25,605 nucleotides of DNA from Cyanobacteria bacterium P01_A01_bin.123 (lineage in GTDB: Bacteria; Cyanobacteriota; Cyanobacteriia; Phormidesmidales; Phormidesmidaceae): the NCBI GenBank assembly GCA_039815185.1, contig JBCBZT010000080.1, positions 1-25,605 of the forward strand, read 5' to 3'. The position numbers were made by a program, and so were the translations under genes. A model generated the notes under the pieces. That model ran no database searches and was not told the DNA's origin. It saw only the letters and a program-made list of their open reading frames with translations. Below are positions 8,610-16,900 of the stretch, in pieces. How positions within the stretch are numbered: position 1 is the stretch's first letter; every line of letters starts with the position of its first letter.

Positions 8610-8674
8610 AGCAGCACAGCAGATGGCGGTACTGAAACGACGCTGCAAGCATTCTTGTTGATGCCTCCTAGCGT

Positions 8675-9640
8675 TTACAACCAAGCCCGCGTCACCCGAG
8701 CCAACTGCTCCTGCTCTGCCATCGTTAATTCCCAACCCAGAGCCCCGGCGTTTTGACTCGCCTGAGTCGCGTTTTTTGCCCCCGGTATCGGTACCACATT
8801 ACCCTGACAAATCAGCCAGTTGAGGGCGACTTGGGCTGGCGTGCGATCGCGTTCCTCAGCAATTTGCTTTAGCGTCTGCACCACCAGTTCAATCTTGATC
8901 AAGCCATTTTGGCTAAATTTAGGGTCAATCTGTCGGGCCCCCTTGGGCTTCTCAGACGTATCAGCGCTGTACTTTCCAGTCAGGCGCCCTTGCGCTAAAG
9001 GACAGTAAGCCAAAATAGCAATTCCTAGATTGTGGGCCGCCTGCAGCACACCATTCGACTCAATCTTGCGGTGCAGTAGAGAATATTGCACCTGGTTCAC
9101 AGCTAAAGGAATCCCTCGCGCTGCCAGATAATTGTGGGCGTCAGTCATCTGCTTAACGGAATAGTTACTCACCCCAATCGCTTGAATCCGCCCCTGCTTG
9201 ACTTCGTCGGCTAAGGCGTTCATCAAGGCCTTTTGCCCCATCAAGAAATCAAAAGGCCAGTGCACCTGATACAACGTAATCGAAGGCACCTGCAACCGCT
9301 TCAAACTCTCGGTAAGAGCATCGGCAACGGCCTGAGGCTGAAACCGCCACGGCAACGGGAAATACTTGGTCGCCAGGTGAGTGGGTTGGTCTACTGCTTG
9401 CGCAAACCGACCCAAAAGCCTTTCAGATTCACCCAAACCATAGACTTCAGCAGTATCAAAGAAAGTCACGCCCGCTGCTAAAGAGGCGGTAAATGCTGCT
9501 TGTAAATCTTCGGCAGTGTAGGTTTTGCCATAGTCCCAAAATAAGGCGTCGCCCCAAGCCCAAGTGCCAACACCTAAGGCTGGAATTAAGGGGCCATCAG
9601 GGCCAAGGCGAATGGTTTGAGGGGAGGTTTGCGTGTCCAT
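8675..9640 (-). CDS. Aldo/keto reductase (pyridoxal reductase-like)
   Basis: LGVGTWAWGD, FDTAEVYG, ATK, LYQVHWP, IGVSNY, NQVQYSLL, PIPGAK. Confidence 0.93.
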   Translation of the reverse strand: MDTQTSPQTIRLGPDGPLIPALGVGTWAWGDALFWDYGKTYTAEDLQAAFTASLAAGVTFFDTAEVYGLGESERLLGRFAQAVDQPTHLATKYFPLPWRFQPQAVADALTESLKRLQVPSITLYQVHWPFDFLMGQKALMNALADEVKQGRIQAIGVSNYSVKQMTDAHNYLAARGIPLAVNQVQYSLLHRKIESNGVLQAAHNLGIAILAYCPLAQGRLTGKYSADTSEKPKGARQIDPKFSQNGLIKIELVVQTLKQIAEERDRTPAQVALNWLICQGNVVPIPGAKNATQASQNAGALGWELTMAEQEQLARVTRAWL

Positions 9641-9751
9641 GGTTGATTTGCGGGGGATGTATTGGGAAATGCTTTATAAATTGTAATAATATTTAGTCTT
9701 TGTGGGCATGAGTGTTTGAGCACGATCTTCCCAGAACAAAAGGCCAGAACA

Positions 9752-9785
9752 AATGTGGCGATCGCAGATCTGCGATCGCCACATT
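9752..9785. repeat. Perfect 34-bp palindrome containing two HIP1 sites (possible terminator of the 9818-10315 gene)
   Basis: AATGTGGCGATCGCAGA|TCTGCGATCGCCACATT is its own reverse complement; the minus strand continues T-rich (TTGTTCTGGCCTTTTGTT). Confidence 0.85.
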
Positions 9786-9817
9786 GATTGCTATGCCTTA
9801 TGGTTCAGTGTTCTAAC

Positions 9818-10315
9818 CTAAGCGCTTTCGTCAGTCTCAGGTGTCGGAGTCTCGGTTCCCTTCGCCTCAACCTTGGGCACCGAGGCCACAGGTGCAACAG
9901 GTTGGGGTGTTTTAGCCGCTGGGGCAGGCTTTTCAGGGGCGATCACTTTAATAGGGGGCGGCGGCAGTTCGATGCCGAGTTGATCTTTCGCTTGATTCAG
10001 CAAAAAGGCGGCGCTACTGCTGGTGACATCAAGTAAAGACTTACCTGCAGACACAAACATCTCACTTGAACTTTCGGCTTCACTCTGTTGCCCCAACTGT
10101 TGATACCAGGCACGGACGTTACGCCCGGTTGCCGTTGCATAGCTGCCGATCCAGGCGGCTAAGATCAACACCAGGCAAAATACCAGCCAGATTAAACGCC
10201 CTGATTCCAGGAGAATTGTCCAAGTTAGGGCAAGCACCTTCTGATACGTCTTAGCGGTTTCTACCGCAAATATCAAATCCCAAAGCTTTGTCGCTTGCGC
10301 TTGAATTTTATCCAT
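9818..10315 (-). CDS. Hypothetical cyanobacterial membrane protein with Pro/Ala-rich C-terminal tail
   Basis: 165-aa ATG ORF, hydrophobic segment LIWLVFCLVLILAAWIG, low-complexity tail. Confidence 0.75.
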   Translation of the reverse strand: MDKIQAQATKLWDLIFAVETAKTYQKVLALTWTILLESGRLIWLVFCLVLILAAWIGSYATATGRNVRAWYQQLGQQSEAESSSEMFVSAGKSLLDVTSSSAAFLLNQAKDQLGIELPPPPIKVIAPEKPAPAAKTPQPVAPVASVPKVEAKGTETPTPETDESA

Positions 10316-10450
10316 AGCAGTTACTAAAAAGGGTGAGTTACAAAGAAATCTTGGTCACTCCAGTAAGATTGGTCACGCCAGTAAAAGTTGTTGTGACACG
10401 AGTAAAACCATGCTTAAGGTATAAACCCAAGCCCCCAATTGACAAGGCTA

Positions 10451-10504
10451 CTAATGTCGGAATTTTGCCGCCATTAGCGGTTCCATAGGCAGCGCCTAGG
10501 AACC
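10451..10504 (-). terminator. Two adjacent hairpins downstream of the GT9 gene
   Basis: CTAATGTCGG-AATTTTG-CCGCCATTAG (10451-10477) and GGTTCC(A)TAGGC-AGC-GCCTAGGAACC (10479-10504). Confidence 0.4.
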
Positions 10505-10535
10505 AGGAAATGTGAATATATGATTCGGTCGGCGA

Positions 10536-11498
10536 TTAGCCCCCCCATACCTTTTTCAAGACAGTCTCAGCCGAGATATCGGCCAACTTGCCCGTTAGGG
10601 AGGGAATGCCGATAAAGCGAGTTTCTGGCGCTCCTTCACTTGCAGATGGCAAGCCAGTTGCTGCCGCAGTTTGGGTTTCAAATAAAGCCAGCGTAAACAC
10701 TTTGAGTGCCACTGCTATTTGCATGACGACGCTGTCCGTGCAAAGCACCAAATCTGCCCCAGCAACCATGGCGGCCATTTGCCCCACATTATTGGGGGTA
10801 GAGACTTTAATCGCAGGCACCTGTGCCTTCAAGGTTTGGATCAGCTGAGCATCACCCGGAGCCTGCAACCAGATCAACGGTAAATTGGGCTGGCGCGCTT
10901 GGAAATTTTGCAAAATGATTTGCCATTGACCTGCAGGATAGGCTGCTTCTATGGCTAAGCCGTCGTGGAGCAACACATATCCGGTGTCTTTTACCCCCAG
11001 ACTCTCTCGCTGCTGATTGGCCCAGTTGAGATCGCCCTGGGGCACATTAATGGCAGTGTTGGAACAGGGCACAGTCAACCCCAAACCCTGGAGCAAGTCG
11101 TGATAAACATAAGCTTGATACTGAGACGACTTGCGCGGCACTGTGTGAGTCAAGAATAGCGCCCCTGGGTTATCTGCATAGCCAATCCGAGTTGGGACAC
11201 CGCTGAGCCAGAGCAGCAGGCCAATGCTCCATTTTGGACTCAGGGTGATTAAGACTTCATATTCGCGATCGCGAATAATCCCCAACAAATTTGCCCAGTC
11301 TGCAGGGCTGCTATTGGCCTGAAAATCAAACAGGATAACCTCATTGACCACTTTAGAGATGCGGTAAGCCGATTTAGCCAGAGGCTCAACCACAACATCA
11401 ATTTCAGCGGATGGGTAAGCCTGCTGCAAATCGTCAAAGGTCGGGAAGAACAGAATTTGGTCGCCGATACCGCCAGGGACTAGAGCCAATACTCGCAT
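10536..11498 (-). CDS. Glycosyltransferase family 9 (heptosyltransferase-like; cyanobacterial PnsB1/NDF1-like)
   Basis: MRVLALVPGGIGDQILFFP, RDREYE, PTRIGY, ADLVLCTDS. Confidence 0.9.
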   Translation of the reverse strand: MRVLALVPGGIGDQILFFPTFDDLQQAYPSAEIDVVVEPLAKSAYRISKVVNEVILFDFQANSSPADWANLLGIIRDREYEVLITLSPKWSIGLLLWLSGVPTRIGYADNPGALFLTHTVPRKSSQYQAYVYHDLLQGLGLTVPCSNTAINVPQGDLNWANQQRESLGVKDTGYVLLHDGLAIEAAYPAGQWQIILQNFQARQPNLPLIWLQAPGDAQLIQTLKAQVPAIKVSTPNNVGQMAAMVAGADLVLCTDSVVMQIAVALKVFTLALFETQTAAATGLPSASEGAPETRFIGIPSLTGKLADISAETVLKKVWGG

Positions 11499-11682
11499 AA
11501 TATTTTGTTACGCTTGTCGCCCAACATTTTAGTGGAAGCTGGTGTCACTCTATCTGATATGTACCCGACAAAACCCAATAAAACCTGTTAATTTTCTCTG
11601 GAGAATTAGGTGTAGGGTGAAAAAAGGCGGGAATCGAGCCGTCAAGCTTTCTCTGCAGTTGTTGTTCATTCCCTGATTTACC

Positions 11683-12369
11683 ATGCACTTATTGATTCCT
11701 GCAGCGGGAATGGGGCGACGCATGGGCAGCGATCGCAACAAAATTCTACTCAGCGTGTTGGCACGTCCGGTAATCGCGTGGACGCTGTTAGCCGCAGAAC
11801 AGGCTCAGCAAATCGACTGGATTGGGATCATCTGCCAACCCAGCGACCAAGCGGATTTAGAAGCTATCGCCCAACCGCTAAAGTTGACGAAACCCTTGAC
11901 GTTTATTACCGGAGGCGACACTCGCCAGGCATCCGTATACAACGGCTTGCAAGCGCTCCCCCCAGAAGCTAGCCACGTGTTGATTCACGATGGTGCTCGT
12001 TGTCTAGCCACGGCGGATCTCTTCAACCGCTGTGCCCTGTCGCTACAAAACTGTGCAGGTATTATTGCTGCGATCGCGGTCAAAGACACGATTAAAGTCG
12101 TGGACGACAGTGGCTTGATTGAGGCAACACCCGATCGCAGTCACCTATGGGCAGCTCAGACCCCACAGGGTTTTGACGTTGCGCTGCTCAAAGACTGCCA
12201 TGACAAAGGGCAACAGATGGGTTGGCAGGTGACCGATGATGCTGCCTTATTTGAAAAGTGTGATCTGCCAGTCAAAATTGTCCCTGGTGAAGAAACTAAC
12301 TTAAAAGTCACTACCCCAGTTGATTTGACCATTGCCGAATTTATCTTGCGTCAGCGAATTGAAGATTAA
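11683..12369 (+). CDS. ispD: 2-C-methyl-D-erythritol 4-phosphate cytidylyltransferase
   Basis: IPAAGMGRRMG..NK, GGDTRQASV, LIHDGAR, AQTPQGF, VTDDA, NLKVTTPVDL. Confidence 0.97.
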   Translation: MHLLIPAAGMGRRMGSDRNKILLSVLARPVIAWTLLAAEQAQQIDWIGIICQPSDQADLEAIAQPLKLTKPLTFITGGDTRQASVYNGLQALPPEASHVLIHDGARCLATADLFNRCALSLQNCAGIIAAIAVKDTIKVVDDSGLIEATPDRSHLWAAQTPQGFDVALLKDCHDKGQQMGWQVTDDAALFEKCDLPVKIVPGEETNLKVTTPVDLTIAEFILRQRIED

Positions 12370-12483
12370 CAACGCAATTTAATAAAAACGCAACTTAAAA
12401 AGCAGAGAACGATCCGAGTAGAATCCTCCTCTGCCAAAAAGATAGATAATCTGGTTAAAGGGCTGACTAGCGGATTAAGGCGA

Positions 12484-12603
12484 CTACATGTCACCGCCTC
12501 GAACTGCCAGCAAAAATACGATCACTGGCCCAGAAATCACAATCATTGCTAGCATCGTCAGCTGGGCGATGAGTTCAAAATTAATGCTGCTTAAAAAATC
12601 CAT
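12484..12603 (-). CDS. psb30: Photosystem II reaction centre protein Psb30/Ycf12 (39 aa, not in ORF track)
   Basis: Manual translation MDFLSSINFELIAQLTMLAMIVISGPVIVFLLAVRGGDM*; GGAGG RBS just upstream of the ATG. Confidence 0.95.
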   Translation of the reverse strand: MDFLSSINFELIAQLTMLAMIVISGPVIVFLLAVRGGDM

Positions 12604-12682
12604 CGATCCTCCAAACCCTTGAAATATAAACGCTGGCTCAAGAAATGCTGGAATCAATTCTACCTGGTAACCGTCCTCGATT

Positions 12683-12700
12683 TTTAAATAAGTTTACAAA
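12683..12700. promoter_or_regulatory. Putative HLR1 (RpaB) direct repeat in the psb30/ykgJ divergent promoter
   Basis: TTTAAATA-AG-TTTACAAA against (G/T)TTACA(T/A)(T/A)-N2-(G/T)TTACA(T/A)(T/A); one mismatch. Confidence 0.5.
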
Positions 12701-12724
12701 ATTCTAATTTATGGGTTTGCTTAC

Positions 12725-13078
12725 ATGAAAACTTGGCAATGCGTTAAGCAATGTGGCGCCTGCTGTCACCTGGATCCTAGCGATCGCCCCGATTTAGACA
12801 CCTACTTGAATAAATCTGATTTGGCCCTCTATCTCAGTTTGGTGGGTGAGAACGGCTGGTGCATCCATTTCGACGCTGAGACCCGAGAATGCCGCATCTA
12901 TGACGATCGCCCCAGCTTCTGCCGAGTTCAGGCTGATACCTTTGGAGCGATGTACGGCATTGCGCCAGAAGAGCTCAACGACTTTGCCATCGGCTGTTGC
13001 CAACAGCAAATTGAAGGCGTCTATGGTCGTCCTAGCCTGGAGTGGAAGCGGTTCGAGCAAGCGATTGAAACGCCCTGA
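12725..13078 (+). CDS. YkgJ family cysteine-cluster (CxxCxxCC) protein
   Basis: WQCVKQCGACC, GWCIHFD, CRIYDDRPSFCRV, GCC. Confidence 0.9.
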   Translation: MKTWQCVKQCGACCHLDPSDRPDLDTYLNKSDLALYLSLVGENGWCIHFDAETRECRIYDDRPSFCRVQADTFGAMYGIAPEELNDFAIGCCQQQIEGVYGRPSLEWKRFEQAIETP

Positions 13079-13106
13079 ACTTGCATTCCCCGCGTAGTTT
13101 TCACAT

Positions 13107-13125
13107 AATGAAAGAAATATGAAAA
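13107..13125 (+). promoter_or_regulatory. Putative ManR box
   Basis: AATGAAAG-AAA-TATGAAAA fits the recalled consensus (T/A)ATGA(G/A)A(A/G)-N3-(T/A)ATGA(G/A)A(A/G); it sits directly upstream of Mn transporter genes. Confidence 0.65.
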
Positions 13126-13171
13126 AGCACTTGAAAAAGCATTTGTTGTTCATGTCAGCCAGTTCCTGCCT

Positions 13172-13594
13172 GTGACTTTCCCTGCTCAGGAGGGTGTGCC
13201 CTCAATTTCAGCATCATCATCATCTGAGTCGTCTATGACGGTTCACTCATCTACAGATGACACGAGCGCAATTGCCGATTTAACCGCTAATTCAGGCGCT
13301 AACCCAGAGCACAGCGCATTTTGGAGCATTTTTTTCTCGACGTTTGTCACTATCTTCTTGGCTGAAATCGGCGATAAGACTCAACTCACAACCTTATTGA
13401 TGACCGCAGAATCTCATGCCCCTTGGATCGTTTTTGCTGGTGCAGGATCTGCTTTGGTGCTGACTAGCTTGCTGGGCGTTTTGCTGGGGCAATGGTTGGC
13501 TACCCGGATTGAACCTAAAACCCTCGACCGAGCTGCCGGGCTTACCCTCTTGGGCATTGCCGTTTGGCTTCTATGGGATGTGTGGCAAGGCTAA
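13172..13594 (+). CDS. hmx1: UPF0016/TMEM165/GDT1 half-size Mn transporter (Hmx1-like)
   Basis: Single FLAEIGDKTQ motif with 3 TM segments. The start may be ATG 13235. The hmx1/hmx2 assignment rests on relative length. Confidence 0.85.
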   Translation: MTFPAQEGVPSISASSSSESSMTVHSSTDDTSAIADLTANSGANPEHSAFWSIFFSTFVTIFLAEIGDKTQLTTLLMTAESHAPWIVFAGAGSALVLTSLLGVLLGQWLATRIEPKTLDRAAGLTLLGIAVWLLWDVWQG

Positions 13595-13616
13595 ATCGTG
13601 AATTGGGGCATATTCA

Positions 13617-13913
13617 GTGGATTGGAACTTATTAGGCTTAAGTTTTATTGCAGTGTTTCTCTCGGAGTTGGGGGATAAGAGTCAAGTTGCCGCGATCGCA
13701 TTAGGCGGCAGTTCCAAATCTCCCAAAGCTGTCTTTTTAGGGACGGCGACGGCACTCTTGTTGGCCAGTTTAATCGGGGTATTGCTGGGGGAAGGCACTG
13801 CCCAACTGCTGCCGACACGCTGGGTTAAAGCGATCGCAGCTTTGGGATTTGCCATCATTTCAATCCGCCTGCTGTGGCCCAGTTCCCCAGACATGTCTGG
13901 TGATGAATCCTGA
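13617..13913 (+). CDS. hmx2: UPF0016/TMEM165/GDT1 half-size Mn transporter (Hmx2-like)
   Basis: Single FLSELGDKSQ motif with 3 TM segments; tandem with its partner half. Confidence 0.85.
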   Translation: MDWNLLGLSFIAVFLSELGDKSQVAAIALGGSSKSPKAVFLGTATALLLASLIGVLLGEGTAQLLPTRWVKAIAALGFAIISIRLLWPSSPDMSGDES

Positions 13914-13939
13914 TTTCCACAGCAGCAATGGAGCGGTCG

Positions 13940-16900
13940 CTATGGTGACGATAATTGATGAAAATGCTGCCAGTGATGTTTCAGAAACTGGGTTGATTGC
14001 TGCACTGCTAGGGGTTTACTCAGCCAATATCCTTGTATCTCATGGCAGTCGAGTGAACGCAACAGGTCTACCTGAGTTTGGGTTTCAACTCCCTCCGCAA
14101 TCACATCCAGTTTCAGTCCCTTGGCCAGGGCAACAATCGCGGCAATCATGGCGTGATCTTCTATCTTTTCCGTTAAGTCTTGAATGAATGTGCGATCAAT
14201 TTTCAGCCCATGGAGGGGAAATTTTTTCAAATAGCTCAAGGAAGAATAACCCGTGCCAAAGTCATCCATAGTAACGCGGACGCCCATGGTGCGTAGGCGA
14301 TTGAGGGTCGCATTGGCCACGTCTACATCCCGCATCACTGCTGTTTCTGTGATTTCAAGTTCTAGAAATTCGGGAGCCAGGGCAGTTTCCTTGAGAATCT
14401 GATCAACCGTTTCTACCAGGTTGGGTTGCTGAAGTTGGCGGGGTGAGAGATTAACCGCCACGCGCAGGGGCGCAATCCCCTGGTTTTGCCAGCGTTTATT
14501 TTGTGCACAGGCTGATCGCAGTACCCACTCACCAATGGGCACGATTAAACCGTTTTCTTCGGCAATAGAAATAAACGTGTCTGGCGCAATCACCCCCCAT
14601 TCTGGATGGTGCCAGCGAATCAGAGCTTCGACCTGAATGATTTTACCCGTCACAATGTTGATCTGCGGTTGATAATGCAGCAAAAATTGTCCGCGGGCGA
14701 GGGCATGATGCAAACTATTTTCGAGTACCAACCGCTCTGATGCCTTGGAGTTGATGGTAGTCGTGTAAAACTGATACTTGTTGCGCCCTTCTTCTTTAGC
14801 TCGATACATGGCGGCATCGGCGTTTTGCAGCAGGGTTTTCATATCCTCGCCATCTTGGGGATAGCGGGCAATACCAATGCTGCTGGTCACATACAGGTCT
14901 TGCTCTCCCAACCGAAAAGGGGCTTTTAACGACTCCAATAACCGCTGAGCTACGTTTACCACATCCCCAGGCAACGGTAGGTTGGGCAAAATTAGCGTGA
15001 ATTCATCTCCACCCCAGCGGGCAATGATGTCTTGTTCTCTCAGGGTTTGCGTTAGACGCTGGGTAGCCTGCTCAAGCAGTTGATCACCAACAGCATGGCC
15101 AAGGGTGTCGTTGATAGTCTTAAATCGATCGAGATCGAGAAACATCACCGCTAGCGTTTCCCCAGTGCGCTTGGCATGGTCAATGGCAAGGGGGAGGTGC
15201 TGATTAAACAGCATGCGGTTGGGCAATCCAGTGAGGGCATCGTGAAATGCCTGGTAGCGCATTTGGGCTTCGGTCTGCTGACGCTTGATGGCACTCCCGA
15301 CACTGGCTGCGATCGCCACCAAAATAGACTCTTCATTGCGAGACCAAATTTTTGCCCGCAAGCAGGCATCAAAGCCAATGTATCCCCAAAACTGCCCATC
15401 AATAAAAATGGGCACCATTAAGAGTGACAGAATCTGGTCTTTGGCCAAGAGTTCTCGCTCTGATTTGGGCAGATCCCTGACTAAGCTGCGAATGGATTGG
15501 CCGGCGCTAAAAATGTCGTGCCATCGCATCAAGCCATAGCTGCTGTAGGGTAAGGATTGCCAATGGGGTTGCCCAATGCTGGGTGTAATCCCTGGGCGGC
15601 TCCACTCGTGGCACATGGTCATCATTGGTTTACCCGTTACGGGTTCGGCATGGTTTTGATAGATGTAGACCCGATCGGCTTCAGCTGCCTCTCCTAAAAC
15701 GGCCAAGGCTCGTTCGATAGCAGTATCAAAGTCCGCAGTGGCCAGCAAATGATGGCTGGCCACCGCCACACCCTGCAAAAAGCGATCGCGGCGATAGAGT
15801 TCGACTTCAGCCTGCTTGCGGGCTGTGATATCTTCTACCGTGCCTTCGTAGCCGATTATCCGGTGATGTGAATCGTAAATGGCGCGGGCCGATTCAGAAA
15901 CCCAGATGATACTGCCGTCTTTGCGATACACCTGGGACTCAAAAGACAGCACAGATCCAGCTTGGGCTTGTATCAGCGCCACAAAGACTGAGCGGCGATT
16001 CGGGTCAACATAAAGCTGTTCGCCAATGTTCTCCAAAGATGTGATTAGGTCTTCCGGTGACTCGTAGCCATAGAGTTGAGCCAACATGGGGTTAACCGTT
16101 GTGTAATGGCCATCCAGCGTACTTTGAAAGATCCCTTCTACGGCATTTTCAAAAATGCTGCGATATTTTGCCTCAGTTTGCCGCAGCGATTCTTCCACCT
16201 GCCAGCGCTCATAAACTAACGATAGTGCTACAGAGGCTCCCCGCAGCAGTTCGACTTCGGTGTTTTCCCACCGTTGGGGTGTCTGACAGTTGCTAAAGCC
16301 AATGGTGCCAATTAGCTGAGCTTTGACGACTAGCGGCAACAACAGCAGCGAGCGCACGTTAGCCGGTGGCGCACTCAGCAGTTGACGCTGAAGCTCAGTA
16401 AAGTCATCTTGCGTTTGATTGATGGCTTCTCCTTGAGTAAGGTGCGCCAACCAATCTTCAAATGGTGGAGCCATAGGAATTTGCTGAAAAGCTGCTAGGC
16501 CAGTCGTCGAGGGGATACCTTGAGCCGACCATTCTGCAACTTGTCTGAAGCAGGGAGGTTGGGTATTCCGATGAAGCTTATAGATATAGACCCGACAGGC
16601 TTCTGCGACCTGACCCAAGGGTGCCAAGATAGGCAACCAGTCTTCAGCACAGGCGTCTCGATCGAGCGCTAAGAGTTGCCGCTGCACGTCTACCAATGCA
16701 GACATATATTGTTCTCGTTTGGCCAGTGCCCGTGCACTGTTAAGCTGATCGGTAACATCTTCGCAGGTGCCCAATACTCCAAGGGTTTCTCCCTCTTCGG
16801 ACTGAATGGGAAATTTGCTGCATTCCAGCCAGCGCCAGCCCTGATCATGTACCCGTTGAGATCGGAGAACACCTAATTCAGGCTGGTTGTTGGCCATGAC

